Shown: positions 11,017 to 22,421, counted from the first letter of the stretch. The stretch: DNA of 32,000 nt from Thermotoga neapolitana DSM 4359 (GCF_000018945.1 NC_011978.1:496729-528728); one strand, 5' to 3'. Numbers and translations: made by a program. Notes: generated by a model not told the origin, from the letters alone.

Positions 11017-13224
11017 TTAATCCGGTATCTCCAGAGAAGGCGGATCCACCAGTATCAGTGGATCCAAACCCAGCACCTTTGAGTACTTCTCCACCTTTGA
11101 AAGGGTTTCTTCCACCTTATCCGTTTTCACCACCAGGTGGTGTCGATAAAAACCTTTCAATTTGAACATCCAGTGCTCTGCAGGTCCAAGAACCTCTTCA
11201 CCGTCAAGGGAATTTCTCAGTCTCGTCAGAAGCCTTTTTCCCTGGTTCGGATCTTTTGACTTCAGTGCGATGTGAATCAAGTGCTTGTAGGGAGGATAAC
11301 CCAACGATTTTCTTCTTTCGAGTTCTCTTTCATAGAACCCTTCCACATCTTCTTTTATTGCCCTCATGATCACCTCTTCGTCGGGGTTGTACGTTTGAAG
11401 GATAGCCCTTCCCGTACCCTTTCTGGACGCTCTTCCGAACACCTGGACAATCAACTGAAACACCCTCAACGAAGCTGAAAAATCCGGTAGAAAGATGAGT
11501 GAGTCCACATCAAGTACACACACAAGACCGATTTCCGGAACATCGAAACTCTTCGTTACCATTCTTGTTCCAACAAGAATGTCTATTTCCCCGGAAATCA
11601 ACCTGTTTATGTAATCCTCCACCTCCATTACATCCTCGACAACTTCCCGATCTATTCTCATTACTCTCCTTTCCGGAAAATATCTTTGCAGTTCCCTTTC
11701 AATCTTTTCCGTGCCAAATCCTTTCCCGGAGAGTTTTCCACCGCAAACAGGACATTCTTCTTCGAATCCGTACTCTCTGCCACACTGATGACATTTCAGT
11801 GATCTAGAATCCAGGTGGAAAACGAGAGACACGTCACAGTCTTCGCACTTCAAAACGTGGCCGCAGGTTTCACATTGCACCCTTCCCCAGTATCCTTTTC
11901 TTCTCACATAGACGAGCACTCTCCGACCCTCTTTCAGGGTTTCTTCCATCCGATCGAGGGTTTTCCTGGCAAAGCTGCCTACCCTTTCTTCCTTCCTCAT
12001 ATCGACGACCTCTATCGACACGTCTGCGTGTTTTCTTACAAAAGTGAACACCTTGATTTTTCCCTCTTTTGCTTCCACGTAAGTCTTCAAAGCTGGAGTA
12101 GCAGAAGACATCACCAGGGGAACTTCAAAGACCCTGGAAATTTCCCTTGCCACTTCAACCGCGTCATAGGAAGGAGGTGAATACTGATAGAAACTCTCAT
12201 CGTGCTCTTCGTCAACTATGATCAGAGAAAAGTTTTTGACGGGAACAAACACGGCACTTCTTGTACCGAGCAGGATATCGATCTTCCCTTCCACAGCTCT
12301 GTACCACTCTAGGTTTTTTCTAGATTTCGATAGGTAACTGTGGTATATGCCCACTCTCATCTGTGGGAACAATCCTTTCAAGCGCGAAAGCAGATGCGTG
12401 AGTATGGAAACCTCAGGTACCAGAAAAAGTACTGTTCCCCTTCTAGAATATTCGCCCGCAAGTTGAAGGAGTGCTTCTGTTTTACCACTGCCCGCGGGCC
12501 CAAAGAAAAGGTTCACATCAGAGAGTTCCTCTTTGAAAGTGGTTCGATTGGATCTCTTTTTCGGTGGAACGTCCTGATGAAGAACTTCTATTATTCCTTT
12601 TTCCCGGAGAGACTCGATCACGCTTCTGGAGACCTCCAGATCCCTCAAAAGGTCCTCCAGGAGTACTCCGCCGTTGAACTGAAGGTACTCAACCACCATC
12701 TTCTGCTTCAGAGTCAGCGGTGTTCGTACCAGTTCTGGAATGGACGCTTTCAGAAAAACTCTCTTTTTTAAACGTGGCTTGGGTTCCTTTATATAGAAAG
12801 ATTTTTCGATTTTCACGAGCCCTTTCTTCAACATCTCTTCCAGGACTTTTTCTCCTTTATCCTTCACAAAATCGGAAAGAAGCATCTCTTCAAAACCGAG
12901 GAAAGGACTTTGCGAGATCACCTTCTCCGTTACGTAATCGTCGATTCCCGGCGGGAAGAAAAGATCGAAGACCATACCTATCGGCGAACCGAACCTTCTT
13001 GAGATCCACTTTGCTATTTCAACGTGCTTTTCTGTTAGAAAACTCCTCCCATCTCGCTCCTTCACAGTGAAGGAGTCCTTCTGGAAAGAAGGACCTATCA
13101 CGTAACATTTCGTCCTTTCTCCTTTCCAGCCGACCCATATTCTCTCACCTGGATTCAGCGGTTCCTCTGATCGAACACAGATCGTCCTTCCTGTTCCCGA
13201 TATCGCTGCCTCGTAGTACATCAC
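11017..13224 (-). CDS. priA: primosomal protein N' (replication restart helicase PriA)
   Basis: 735 aa. It has Walker A GPAGSGKTE, DEEHD (Walker B), Cys-rich zinc-binding insertions CETCGHVLKCEDCDVSLVFH...LKCHQCG...CPVCGG, and helicase motif VI QVFGRASR. Confidence 0.93.
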   Translation of the reverse strand: MMYYEAAISGTGRTICVRSEEPLNPGERIWVGWKGERTKCYVIGPSFQKDSFTVKERDGRSFLTEKHVEIAKWISRRFGSPIGMVFDLFFPPGIDDYVTEKVISQSPFLGFEEMLLSDFVKDKGEKVLEEMLKKGLVKIEKSFYIKEPKPRLKKRVFLKASIPELVRTPLTLKQKMVVEYLQFNGGVLLEDLLRDLEVSRSVIESLREKGIIEVLHQDVPPKKRSNRTTFKEELSDVNLFFGPAGSGKTEALLQLAGEYSRRGTVLFLVPEVSILTHLLSRLKGLFPQMRVGIYHSYLSKSRKNLEWYRAVEGKIDILLGTRSAVFVPVKNFSLIIVDEEHDESFYQYSPPSYDAVEVAREISRVFEVPLVMSSATPALKTYVEAKEGKIKVFTFVRKHADVSIEVVDMRKEERVGSFARKTLDRMEETLKEGRRVLVYVRRKGYWGRVQCETCGHVLKCEDCDVSLVFHLDSRSLKCHQCGREYGFEEECPVCGGKLSGKGFGTEKIERELQRYFPERRVMRIDREVVEDVMEVEDYINRLISGEIDILVGTRMVTKSFDVPEIGLVCVLDVDSLIFLPDFSASLRVFQLIVQVFGRASRKGTGRAILQTYNPDEEVIMRAIKEDVEGFYERELERRKSLGYPPYKHLIHIALKSKDPNQGKRLLTRLRNSLDGEEVLGPAEHWMFKLKGFYRHHLVVKTDKVEETLSKVEKYSKVLGLDPLILVDPPSLEIPD

Positions 13225-14072
13225 AACTCCTCCAGTTCTTTAAAACCCTCTCCCAGAGCCTGTCTTACTTCTTTGATTACGACAAAGGCTTTCGGGTCTA
13301 CCTTCCTTATGAATCTGATCAGTTCGTTCAACTCTCTTCTTCTTACCACCACAAGGAGTATTTTTCTTTCCTTGCCCGTGTAAGCTCCCTTCGCAGGAAC
13401 GTAGGTGGCACCCCTGTGAAGTTTGTAAAGAACAAAATCTTTTATCTCCTCAGACCGTTCAGAAATGATGGTTACTTCACTCGATTGCTCTATTCCTCTC
13501 AGCATGAAGTCCACCATTATACCGTTCAGTATCACACCGAGAAGAGCGTACATTCCCGTTCTCGCGTTGAATGTGACACCTGCCAGAGCCGCTATGGTGA
13601 AGTCCACCATCAGAAGTCCCATTCCCATGGAGATCCAGAAGTATTTGTTCAGGATCCTTGCTATGATGTCTGTTCCTCCGGTGGAAGAATTCTGAGAAAA
13701 CGTTATGGCAAGTCCCAGGGCAGTGAGTAATGTGCCGAAGGAGACCGCAAGAAACAGATCGTCACCTGTGTACTTCGGTAAAGGAATCAGACGATCGAAC
13801 AAATCCACAAAGAAGTTGAAAACGAAAGTGCAGTAAATCGTCTTGGCACTGAAATCGAATCCCACGGTGAGGAAGGCGACAAGAAAGAGCAGACCGTTCA
13901 GAATGTACATCCAGATTCCCACTGGAAGCGGAAGAAGATGATGAAGTATCATCGAAAGACCACTCACACCGCCGGCAGCTATGTTGTTCGGTATCAGAAA
14001 GACCACCACACCAACGGCGGTGACCAGAGTACCAAGAGTACTGAGAACGTACTCCCTGATCTTTTCTATCAA
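13221..14072 (-). CDS. YitT-family membrane protein (DUF161 repeats + C-terminal DUF2179 domain)
   Basis: 283 aa with TTG start 14072 and GGAGGTGA 6 nt upstream. Two polytopic halves carry GGVSGLSMILHH and GGTDIIARIL, followed by a soluble C-terminal domain. The stop overlaps the priA start (ATGA). Confidence 0.75.
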   Translation of the reverse strand: MIEKIREYVLSTLGTLVTAVGVVVFLIPNNIAAGGVSGLSMILHHLLPLPVGIWMYILNGLLFLVAFLTVGFDFSAKTIYCTFVFNFFVDLFDRLIPLPKYTGDDLFLAVSFGTLLTALGLAITFSQNSSTGGTDIIARILNKYFWISMGMGLLMVDFTIAALAGVTFNARTGMYALLGVILNGIMVDFMLRGIEQSSEVTIISERSEEIKDFVLYKLHRGATYVPAKGAYTGKERKILLVVVRRRELNELIRFIRKVDPKAFVVIKEVRQALGEGFKELEEL

Positions 14073-14097
14073 CTTTACTCACCTCCTCGGGAAAAGA

Positions 14098-14979
14098 TCA
14101 GAGGGAGGAAGAGGAAATGAACACCTTTCCTCCTACGGGAACTTTCAGAACTTCCGCCACAAAATCACACTTGGCGGTCAGGAGGAAGAACAGGTTCTCT
14201 CTTTCTTCCTCGTAAAGACCCTCGAAGTTTCCCTGTCCTTTGGAGACGACGAGGTCTGTTTCGAAAAACATCCTTCTGAACTCTGGTGTAGCTTTGTCCA
14301 GGACCACACCCGGCTCTTCCACACCGGAGTCGATCAGTGTGGCAACCTCTTCCAGCCTGATTTGCTTCGCATCATCGACTGTGACGTCGTTTATTATCGG
14401 CTTTCCACGAACGGCAACCATCACCTCGAGCGATGGATTCTGCATCTTCATGATCTCGATGAAGAACTTATCGAAAACGATCTCTCCGGCGTTATCTGCG
14501 ATATAAAAGAGTGTGGAAGCACTTTCGAGGGCGTTTCTGAACTCTTCGAAATCCTCCCTGTCGAAAGGCCTTTCGTAGGCTTCGTGAAGTTTTTCAAAGA
14601 CGTCTTCTGTTTTCCAGCCTGGGATACCAAGATCTATCAAATTTCCTGAAACTGCCAGTTTCGCAGCAGAGTACACAGGATCAGGGGAATTCAGGATCTC
14701 TGTTCTGAACATCTCAACGAGTTTCATTGCCATCTCGTTCGATCTTTCCTTTTCTTCTTTGAAGGGATCCTCCTCCTTCACGTACTCCATGATGAACCTG
14801 TGGACCTTCCCGTTGACCTCCAGAGGTTTCATTCCCCATTTCATCTCGCTCATAACTCTGAAGATCTCCCGGAATATCACCCATCTTTTTTCAGGGGAGT
14901 TGATGGTCTTCTTCAGGAGATTTTCAGCCTGCCTGAGACTGCATATCAGGCACCTTTCATCCGCCCTCAGATACCTCAT
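14098..14979 (-). CDS. DUF89 / ARMT1-like metal-dependent (damage-control) phosphatase
   Basis: 293 aa with RBS GGAGGAGGT upstream. It has an N-terminal CLIC pair, the metal-site motif FYIADNAGEIVFD and the substrate motif VSKGQGNFEG, as in Pfam DUF89. Confidence 0.75.
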   Translation of the reverse strand: MRYLRADERCLICSLRQAENLLKKTINSPEKRWVIFREIFRVMSEMKWGMKPLEVNGKVHRFIMEYVKEEDPFKEEKERSNEMAMKLVEMFRTEILNSPDPVYSAAKLAVSGNLIDLGIPGWKTEDVFEKLHEAYERPFDREDFEEFRNALESASTLFYIADNAGEIVFDKFFIEIMKMQNPSLEVMVAVRGKPIINDVTVDDAKQIRLEEVATLIDSGVEEPGVVLDKATPEFRRMFFETDLVVSKGQGNFEGLYEEERENLFFLLTAKCDFVAEVLKVPVGGKVFISSSSL

Positions 14980-15232
14980 CGTTGACCTCCTCCAGTTTTC
15001 TGCTCACGATATCTATCAGATCTTTTACCCTGCGAAGACTTTCGAGCTCTTCGTCCTCTATCCTTATTGCGAACTCGTCTTCGAAGAACATGACAAGATC
15101 TATCACATCTAGCGAATCAAAGCCGAGTTCTCCAAAAGAGACATCTTCATCGATCGTCTCCAGATTCTTTCCCATCTTCTCTGAAACTATTTCCACAAAC
15201 TTTGCAAGAAGCTTTTCTCTTTCCAAGGTCAT
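14957..15232 (-). CDS. acyl carrier protein-like (stand-alone)
   Basis: 91 aa from ATG 15232, preceded by AGGGGGG; the track's GTG at 15253 has no RBS. The phosphopantetheine-attachment context is ELGFDSLDVIDLVMFFEDEF, set in an acidic four-helix-like sequence. Confidence 0.8.
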   Translation of the reverse strand: MTLEREKLLAKFVEIVSEKMGKNLETIDEDVSFGELGFDSLDVIDLVMFFEDEFAIRIEDEELESLRRVKDLIDIVSRKLEEVNDEVSEGG

Positions 15233-15260
15233 CCCCCCTAAGAATCCTACCACAATTTTA

Positions 15261-15280
15261 AAGGGGGCCGAAGCCCCCTT
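15261..15280 (-). terminator. rho-independent terminator after hppA
   Basis: 8-bp stem AAGGGGGC / GCCCCCTT closed by a UUCG tetraloop on the minus-sense RNA, 4 nt after the hppA stop. TTTAAAATT follows it. Confidence 0.65.
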
Positions 15281-15284
15281 CTTA

Positions 15285-17456
15285 TCAGAACAGGTGAACG
15301 TGTTTGAAGATGGAAACCGCTATCACCGAAACCACCGACATGATCTTTATGAGAATATCCAGAGAGGGACCCACCGTATCCTTGAGGGGATCTCCCACCG
15401 TATCTCCTATGACAAGGGCTTTGTGAGGTTCAGATCCCTTACCGTACCCTTCCAAGTTGCCCGCCTCGAGGAACTTCTTGGCGTTGTCCCAGGCTCCTCC
15501 GGAATTTGCCGTCAGAATGGCAAGCATGGCACCACTGATGACGGTCCCTATCAGCACACCTCCGACGAACTCCGGTCCAAGCAGAAATCCTGTCACAAGT
15601 GGCGTGAGAATCGCTATGAAGGCAGGATATCCCATCTGCTTCAGAGCGTTATCACTGGTGATTTCTATACACTTGTTGTAGTCCGGCTTTGCCTTTCCTT
15701 CCAGAAGCCCAGGAATTTCCCTTGCCTGTCTTCTGATCTCATCCACCATCTTCATAGCGGCCTTCGTGACCGCAGAAATTAGGTAACCACTGAAGTAGTA
15801 GGTGATCGCCGCTCCAAGGAGTGCGCCCGCTATCACCCTCGCGTCCACCATGTTCAGAAGGAGTATGAGAGAAGGTGGCTTTCCAACGTCCGATGGACTG
15901 ATCTGCGAGAACATGTAAGAGGCAAAGAGAGAGAGGGCCGCCAGGATAGCCGAACCGATGGCGAATCCCTTTCCTATGGCCGCCGTCGTGTTACCCACAG
16001 CATCGAGATGATCCGTTATCTTCCTCACCTCAGGGTCCAGTTCACACATCTCACTGATTCCGCCCGCATTGTCCGCTATCGGTCCGTAACTGTCCACGGA
16101 AACGGATGTTGCAACAAAGGAAAGCATTCCAAGAGCAGAGATTGCAACTCCGTAGAGCCCTGCAAAGTAATCTGCGAAGAGAATACCGAGAACGAGCGTT
16201 AAAGTGGGAGGAAGCACGCTCTTCATTCCAAGGGAAAGACCGTTCGAGATGACCATTCCTGTGCCTTCGATGGAGGATCTGCTGAGGAACTGTGTTGGTC
16301 TGTAGTGATAACTCGTGTAGTACTCAGCCCAGAAACCGACCAAAATTCCCGCAAATATTCCTATGATCGCTGAAAACCACGGAGAGATGGGACCAAACCT
16401 GAAGCCAACAACATCCAGACCCTGGGCATCCTTAAGATAAAAGTATGTCAGGAAAGCGGTCAAAACGACCGTGAGAATGGCGGAAGTCCAGAGACTGATG
16501 TTGAGTTCCCTCTGAGGATTGTCAGATGGCCTTTTCACGATCACGTAGAGTATTCCAAGCATGGAACATCCAAGACCGACCAGTGCGAAGAGAATCGGAT
16601 GGGTGATGAGGGACTGTATGGTTTCCTTCGGGATCTGATGAACAAGGTTTTCTCCCACTCTTTGAACGTATATCGGGAACATGTAAGAAGCCAGGATAAT
16701 GGAAGACACTATGGCACCAACGAAACTTTCCAGAAGGTCAGCTCCCAGACCGGCAACGTCTCCCACGTTGTCTCCCACGTTGTCTGCTATCGTGGCAGGA
16801 TTCCTTGGATCGTCTTCAGGAAGGTTCAGTTCTGTCTTTCCAACAAGGTCAGCCGCCATATCCGCTGCCTTCGTGTAAACTCCTCCTCCAACCCTGTCAA
16901 ACATGGCTATGATAGAGCATCCGAGGGCGTAACCAGAGACCGTCATGGCGAAAGGAACAAAGTTTATCCCAAGCCAGTTGGTGTATATATTGAGATTGTC
17001 CAGCTGTCCCATCCATTTTCCAAAGATCAGGTAAACCAGAACAAGTCCAAGGAGGGCAAACCCACCGACGGAAAGCCCCATGACACTTCCACCCTGGTAG
17101 GCCACCTTCAACGCGGGTCCTATCTTCCTCGTAGTCCTGGCCGCTTCTGCCACTCTGACGTTTGCTCTGGTGGCCATCTTCATCCCCACGATACCGGCGG
17201 AGGCGCTCATCACGGCTCCAAGAAGAAACGCCACACCCGTCTGCCAGGTTGTGAAGATCATGAGGAGTATCGCTATGACGATGGCAACTTTGAAGATAGC
17301 CCTGGTCTCGTGCGCAAGGAACGAATCCGCCCCACTTCGAATGTAGGAAGATATCTCCTTCATTCGATCTGTACCCTCTGGTTTTTTAACAACAGCGGCG
17401 AAGTTTGCAGCGGCAAATCCCAGTGCAACCAGAGGAATGAGAAAGAGCAGCCACAT
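15285..17456 (-). CDS. hppA: membrane-integral pyrophosphate-energised cation pump (K+-dependent subtype)
   Basis: 723 aa, polytopic. Signature motifs are DNVGDNVGDVAG, GPIADNAGGISEM and GDTVGDPLKDTVGPS. AVGNTTAAIGKG has Ala, not Lys, at the K+-dependence position. Its SD GGAGGGG lies inside the last codons of rgy. Confidence 0.95.
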   Translation of the reverse strand: MWLLFLIPLVALGFAAANFAAVVKKPEGTDRMKEISSYIRSGADSFLAHETRAIFKVAIVIAILLMIFTTWQTGVAFLLGAVMSASAGIVGMKMATRANVRVAEAARTTRKIGPALKVAYQGGSVMGLSVGGFALLGLVLVYLIFGKWMGQLDNLNIYTNWLGINFVPFAMTVSGYALGCSIIAMFDRVGGGVYTKAADMAADLVGKTELNLPEDDPRNPATIADNVGDNVGDVAGLGADLLESFVGAIVSSIILASYMFPIYVQRVGENLVHQIPKETIQSLITHPILFALVGLGCSMLGILYVIVKRPSDNPQRELNISLWTSAILTVVLTAFLTYFYLKDAQGLDVVGFRFGPISPWFSAIIGIFAGILVGFWAEYYTSYHYRPTQFLSRSSIEGTGMVISNGLSLGMKSVLPPTLTLVLGILFADYFAGLYGVAISALGMLSFVATSVSVDSYGPIADNAGGISEMCELDPEVRKITDHLDAVGNTTAAIGKGFAIGSAILAALSLFASYMFSQISPSDVGKPPSLILLLNMVDARVIAGALLGAAITYYFSGYLISAVTKAAMKMVDEIRRQAREIPGLLEGKAKPDYNKCIEITSDNALKQMGYPAFIAILTPLVTGFLLGPEFVGGVLIGTVISGAMLAILTANSGGAWDNAKKFLEAGNLEGYGKGSEPHKALVIGDTVGDPLKDTVGPSLDILIKIMSVVSVIAVSIFKHVHLF

Positions 17457-17459
17457 ACA

Positions 17460-20400
17460 TTACCCCTCCTCCGTGAGAGATTTTATTTCCTCGTACAAAA
17501 GCCTGAGTGTGGATTGATAATCCTCTTCTCCCTTTTCCACCCTGTCCATGATCTCTTCCAGCCTGCGAGTAGTCTCTTCTGTTACGAACCTTTCGTATCT
17601 TTCTTTGAGGAACGAATAGACCATCACTCCCAGTTTCGTTGGTCTGATCCTCCTGTATTTATCCTCATACACGTATCCTCTTTTGAAGAGTACCTCTACT
17701 ATTTTTGCATAAGTTGAGGGTCTGCCAATTCCCCTTTTCTTCATCTCTTCCACTATAGAAGCCTGAGTGAAGAGAGGTACCGTGTGTTTTTTGTAAATCT
17801 TTCTTTCAAGAATTCTGTAGCTTCTGTGTTCGAATCGTGGAGAAATTGTTAACGGCATGAAGAGATTCCAGCCGTCCTTCAGAATTTCCACCACGTACTC
17901 CTTCTTCAACTCCTTTCCTTCCACATCGAAAAAGACTGACTGCCTCTTCACCTTCACAGGTGAAGACTGACTGGCCAGAAAGCGGTTGAATATGAGCGAG
18001 TAAACCCTCAGGTGCTTCTTTGTCAGGTCCGTTATCAGTCCCTCTTCCATCATTTCCTCGATTTCTTTATCGTCGATGGGTTTCACCGGTCTGATGGCCT
18101 CGTGTGCCCCCTCGGTTGACCAGCTCCTTCCTGTGAAGAGTTCTTCTTTGCCGATCTTTCTCAGATAGCTGCGTGCTACGTTCTGGCCTTCCAGTGAGAC
18201 CCTGATCGAGTCGGTCCTGTGGTAGGTGATGAATCCCTTCTCAAAGAGATCCTGGAGAATATCCATCGTCTCCTGAACACCCAGTCTGAGTTTTTGGGAT
18301 ATCTCCGAGAGCGCAGAAGAAGTCGTGTAAGGTGGAGGAGGGGCAATGTCTTCTTCTGTTTCTTCCACTTTCGACACGCTGATGGCATCGACGGACACTT
18401 TCCCTTCAACTTCGAGTTGTGCGCCGTTTTCCAGCGTGATGAGTGTGAAGTTTTTTTCGCTTTTTCTATACTCTTCTTCTCGATCTACTATCCATCCCAG
18501 AACCGTGGACTGGACCCTGCCCGCCGAGAGGTTTGGTTTGCCGAATTGCTTTTGAAGTTTTCCACTCAATTCAAATCCGATCCATCTGTCCTGGATTCTT
18601 CTCACTACCTGTGCCTTCACCAGATTGAAATCGACAAAACGAACACTCTCCCGTGCCTTTTTGAAACCGTATTTTGTGATTTCATGCATTTCAATTCTTT
18701 TCAGAGATCCGTTGGCGGGTATCAGATACTGTGTCACGTCCCAGGATATTTTCTCTCCCTCGACATCGGGGTCCGTTGCCACCAGGATCTCATCAACCTC
18801 AAGCGATATCTCCCTCAGTGCTCTGAGGGTCTCAGTTTTGTCATCGAGGTCTTTTGAAGAACAGATGGGACATTCTTCTCGATCTTCTGTGAACTGGTAT
18901 CCACAACTTCTGCATCTTTTCAGAGAGTTGTAAACAGGAACAAAAATACCGTTTTTTTCCTCAACCCCGTGAATTCCTCCTCTGGTGACAAGATCGTAAA
19001 CGTGTCCTCTCGTTGCCGTGAACAAAATGATTCCTTCATCCGTTACAGCTTCATGGACCAGGATATTTCTTTCTCTTCGGGAAGAGGACTTTCCCAGGAA
19101 CTTTGAGATCGTATCCGCTTTGGTTGGCGACTCCACAACTATCAGGAGAGAACGGGAAGTGTCGGAAAACTCCTTCTTCAGGCTCTTTCTGCTTTCTTCC
19201 ACCTCACGAATGAGTTTTTCCCAATCCACCTCTGATTCCTCAAGAATCTCTTCCTCTGCTACGAGGAGAAGACGGGTTCTCAAAGATTCGAAGATTTCCT
19301 CATCTTCTTCAAAGATCACGGCTAGACCCTTTACAAGTACACCGTTCAGTATCCTCGATGATCTTCCAGAAGCCTGAATGTAGGTGTAAATATCGGGAAT
19401 GATGAGCTCTTCTCCTCTCACGGCAGAGCCCCTGAAGATCTCTTTCACTCTCTCTACAAATTCTTCCTGAGAAAAATGTGATTTTGCGAGTTTTCTGAGT
19501 TCTTCTTCGTTCACCTCTCTACCTTTTATCAGGCCTGATTCTCTGAGGAGCCTGGTGAGGACAAACTTCGGAGCTCTATCGAGTTCCAAAGGAAACTTCA
19601 TGGAGGGAACTCCCCAAAAGATCACGTACTTTATCCTCTCTGGAAGATCAACTCCCCTTGTCAGCTTCCCATAATACGCCTGTACACCCACCAGAACATC
19701 GATATCGCCGTTTTTGAATGCATCGAAATTTTCCTCGAACCTTTCCCAGGTTCCCTCAACCCTTATTCCCTGACCTTTCAAATAATCGACCAGATTTCTT
19801 CCCTCTTCTTCCGTCTGCGTGAAGATCAGGACACCATCTCTGAACACCCTGAGCAGTTCCACCAAGCGTTCTCTGGACTTTCTGGAAATTCTCACGTGCG
19901 TGATGTTGCGGGAGACAGAAACCAGTCTTCCCACGGTGAAGTTGAGAAGATCTCTGAACAACAAGGGCCTGATACCGCGTGGTCTGGCCGTGGCGGAGGA
20001 AACCACCAGGATTCCTGTTTTCAAGTTGTCTGGTCTTTCATAGATCTTTCCCTGTTTGATGGCAGAGAGTGCCTTCTTTATGACATTTTCCGGGATCCCC
20101 ACCATCATGAGAAGGGTGTCTATGTTACGGGAGGCCTTGAGGACTGCGTCCACATCGTCCACGAAAACGAAATCGAACTTCTTTCTGGAGAGTTCTTCTC
20201 TGTGTCTGGAGACGAACTGTGTGGAAACGACCAGTATGTGGTAGTCATCTTTTTCAAAACTTTCCTCGAATTTCTTTTTCTCTTCCTTTCCCATTGAGGA
20301 ATAAAATCCTATGATTTTGGCATCTTCTGACATATTCCTCAATCTTTCGAGGGTCTGCTTGACCAGTGTCACTGTAGGGAAGATGAGCGCCGACTTTTTT

Positions 20401-20762
20401 CCTTTCCTGGCAAGCCACAGAGAGGCAACCATCCCGAACGTCGTTTTCCCCACGCCCGTTGGTGCTACCATCGTGAAACTTTTTCCCAGGATCGTTCTTT
20501 TTGCCCACAAACGCTGATACCCCGTCAGATTTTTTCCAAACATTTCCTTGAAAAAATTCCGAAAGTCCTCGTACTCACGCCAGAATCTGTGATAGAAGCG
20601 ATAATCTTTCAACGTTCTTCTCTCGAGAAGAGCTTCATAAATGTCAGAAGGGGACTCCTCGGGAAGACACACTTCACACGGAAGTCCCCTCTCGTTTCTC
20701 TCATCGGTGTTCACTCCTCTGCAGTTTATACAGGAATGGTGGTACTTCAAATTCACTGCCAA
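17460..20762 (-). CDS. rgy: reverse gyrase
   Basis: 1100 aa with a TTG start. It has an N-terminal zinc finger CINCRG...CEVC, a helicase-like module ([19 protein letters not shown]), then a type IA topoisomerase module (TOPRIM VESPTKA...ATDPDVEGE; active-site context [10 protein letters not shown]). A second zinc ribbon reads CRSCGY...CPIC. Confidence 0.97.
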   Translation of the reverse strand: MAVNLKYHHSCINCRGVNTDERNERGLPCEVCLPEESPSDIYEALLERRTLKDYRFYHRFWREYEDFRNFFKEMFGKNLTGYQRLWAKRTILGKSFTMVAPTGVGKTTFGMVASLWLARKGKKSALIFPTVTLVKQTLERLRNMSEDAKIIGFYSSMGKEEKKKFEESFEKDDYHILVVSTQFVSRHREELSRKKFDFVFVDDVDAVLKASRNIDTLLMMVGIPENVIKKALSAIKQGKIYERPDNLKTGILVVSSATARPRGIRPLLFRDLLNFTVGRLVSVSRNITHVRISRKSRERLVELLRVFRDGVLIFTQTEEEGRNLVDYLKGQGIRVEGTWERFEENFDAFKNGDIDVLVGVQAYYGKLTRGVDLPERIKYVIFWGVPSMKFPLELDRAPKFVLTRLLRESGLIKGREVNEEELRKLAKSHFSQEEFVERVKEIFRGSAVRGEELIIPDIYTYIQASGRSSRILNGVLVKGLAVIFEEDEEIFESLRTRLLLVAEEEILEESEVDWEKLIREVEESRKSLKKEFSDTSRSLLIVVESPTKADTISKFLGKSSSRRERNILVHEAVTDEGIILFTATRGHVYDLVTRGGIHGVEEKNGIFVPVYNSLKRCRSCGYQFTEDREECPICSSKDLDDKTETLRALREISLEVDEILVATDPDVEGEKISWDVTQYLIPANGSLKRIEMHEITKYGFKKARESVRFVDFNLVKAQVVRRIQDRWIGFELSGKLQKQFGKPNLSAGRVQSTVLGWIVDREEEYRKSEKNFTLITLENGAQLEVEGKVSVDAISVSKVEETEEDIAPPPPYTTSSALSEISQKLRLGVQETMDILQDLFEKGFITYHRTDSIRVSLEGQNVARSYLRKIGKEELFTGRSWSTEGAHEAIRPVKPIDDKEIEEMMEEGLITDLTKKHLRVYSLIFNRFLASQSSPVKVKRQSVFFDVEGKELKKEYVVEILKDGWNLFMPLTISPRFEHRSYRILERKIYKKHTVPLFTQASIVEEMKKRGIGRPSTYAKIVEVLFKRGYVYEDKYRRIRPTKLGVMVYSFLKERYERFVTEETTRRLEEIMDRVEKGEEDYQSTLRLLYEEIKSLTEEG

Positions 20763-21967
20763 CTCTCCAGATACCTCCTTTGTTTTTCTGTCAGGCTGTC
20801 TATTCTCACGTTCATGGATTTCAGTTTCATCATGGCCACCTTCTCATCCACCTCGGGCGGAAGAGTGTAAACTCTCGGTTCCATGCTGGCGTGATTTTCC
20901 AGAAGATACAGTATGGCAAAAGTCTGAAGAGCGAACGAAAGATCCATGATTTCTATGGGATGCCCGTCTCCTGCTGCAAGATTGACCAGTCGACCTTCGG
21001 CAAGGAGAAAGACCGTTTTTCCATTCTTCAACACGTAACCCGTCACGTTCGGACGTGCTTCGAATTTCTCAACGGCAAGTCTTTCGAGTGTCTCTACAGG
21101 AATTTCAACGTTGAAATGACCCGCATTGGCCAGAACTGCCCCGTCTTTGAGCGACAGAATATCTTCCTCGGTGAGTACATCAGTGTTTCCCGTGGCCGTC
21201 ACAACAAAATCGGCCAGTTTTACTGCCTCTTTCATCGGCATCACTTCGAAGCCATCCATGATCGCTTCCACCGCTCTGACGGGATCCACTTCCGTTACGA
21301 TCACTTTTGCACCAAGTCCGGAGGCTCTCAGGGCGATTCCCCTTCCACACCAGCCGTAACCGGCCACCACCACCCTTTTTCCGGCGATCAGAAGATTCGT
21401 GTTTCTCATAATGGCATCCCACGTGGATTGTCCCGTTCCATACCTGTTGTCGAAAAGAAACTTCATCTTCGAATCGTTCACAGCCACAACCGGTACTTTC
21501 AATTTCCCGGATTTTTCAAGAGCCTTTAAGCGTTTCACGCCGGTCGTGGTTTCTTCAGAGACACCCTTCAGGTTCTCGAGGACATCGGTCCTTTCGGTGT
21601 GTGCTATGACCGTGAGATCTCCGCCATCGTCTATTATGAAATCGGGTCTTTCATCGAGCACCTTCATGAGATTCTGCCGGTAGACATCTTCATCGTGAGT
21701 TCTCTTTGCATAGACGGTGATCCCTTTTTTCCTGAGGGCCTCCGCCACATCGTCCTGTGTGGAAAGAGGATTGCTTCCTGTGACAACAACTTTCGCTCCA
21801 AGTTTTGCGAGTGTGAGCGCAAGATAGGCCGTTTTCGCTTCCAGATGTATGCTCATACCAACAGTCACACCTTCGAGTGGCCTTTTCCCGGAAAATTCCC
21901 GTGATATCTCGTTCAGAAGAGGCATGTACCTGGAAACCCAGTTTATCTTCATCTCACCTGTCTTCAT
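20753..21967 (-). CDS. ahcY: adenosylhomocysteinase
   Basis: 404 aa from ATG 21967, with GGAGGG 8 nt upstream; the track start 21994 adds 9 unsupported residues. NAD-binding motif [11 protein letters not shown] is present, along with conserved blocks [14 protein letters not shown] and [20 protein letters not shown]. Confidence 0.93.
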   Translation of the reverse strand: MKTGEMKINWVSRYMPLLNEISREFSGKRPLEGVTVGMSIHLEAKTAYLALTLAKLGAKVVVTGSNPLSTQDDVAEALRKKGITVYAKRTHDEDVYRQNLMKVLDERPDFIIDDGGDLTVIAHTERTDVLENLKGVSEETTTGVKRLKALEKSGKLKVPVVAVNDSKMKFLFDNRYGTGQSTWDAIMRNTNLLIAGKRVVVAGYGWCGRGIALRASGLGAKVIVTEVDPVRAVEAIMDGFEVMPMKEAVKLADFVVTATGNTDVLTEEDILSLKDGAVLANAGHFNVEIPVETLERLAVEKFEARPNVTGYVLKNGKTVFLLAEGRLVNLAAGDGHPIEIMDLSFALQTFAILYLLENHASMEPRVYTLPPEVDEKVAMMKLKSMNVRIDSLTEKQRRYLESWQ

Positions 21968-22421
21968 CGCATCGTCCCTCCAGCATTTTTTCAAAGAGTC
22001 TCAATATCTTCGTCCCAAGGAACTCTTTCTGACTGATCGGTTCCACTTTTATCACATGGAATCCAAATATCTTCCCCATTAGGACATCGGTGAAAAGCTG
22101 GTCTCCTATCATCACACAGCGTCTGGGATCTATCTTTTCTTTCTTTAAAAATCTCCATACTTTGAAGCTCAGAGGTTTTCCCGCTCTCCAGATGAACGTC
22201 GCTGGAAGATCGACTTTCCTCGGCTTGCCGTTGGAGACGATCACCACCCGTGCTCTGCTCGACAGTTTTTCCAGGATTTTTCTTTTCTCCTCCGGAAGTT
22301 CTCTCTCTTTCCAAGGAGCAAGGGTGTTGTCGAAGTCAAACAGAAAATATCTGTACCCCCTTCGAACCAGTTCATCGAAGTTGATGTCTTCCACCTTCTT
22401 CACTCGCGTCAGTCTCTTCAT
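21954..22421 (-). CDS. HAD-superfamily phosphatase, YqeG-like (subfamily IIIA)
   Basis: 155 aa. HAD motif I is [12 protein letters not shown], motif II is IVSNG and motif III/IV is [10 protein letters not shown]. Confidence 0.8.
   Translation of the reverse strand: MKRLTRVKKVEDINFDELVRRGYRYFLFDFDNTLAPWKERELPEEKRKILEKLSSRARVVIVSNGKPRKVDLPATFIWRAGKPLSFKVWRFLKKEKIDPRRCVMIGDQLFTDVLMGKIFGFHVIKVEPISQKEFLGTKILRLFEKMLEGRCDEDR

Noticed and set aside
17460-20762. Possible intein or domain insertion in reverse gyrase
   Set aside because: The length (1100 aa) and the continuous order of helicase and topoisomerase motifs match an uninterrupted reverse gyrase. No intein-like blocks (C/S...HN C-terminal splice motif) are evident.
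21968-21994. Longer ahcY start (MKKCWRDDA...), and similar upstream alternative starts for holA (4093), the ACP (15253), the lipoprotein (4111) and deoB (25811)
   Set aside because: In each case a downstream start has a proper SD at the right spacing and gives the family-typical N-terminus. The longer forms lack an RBS.
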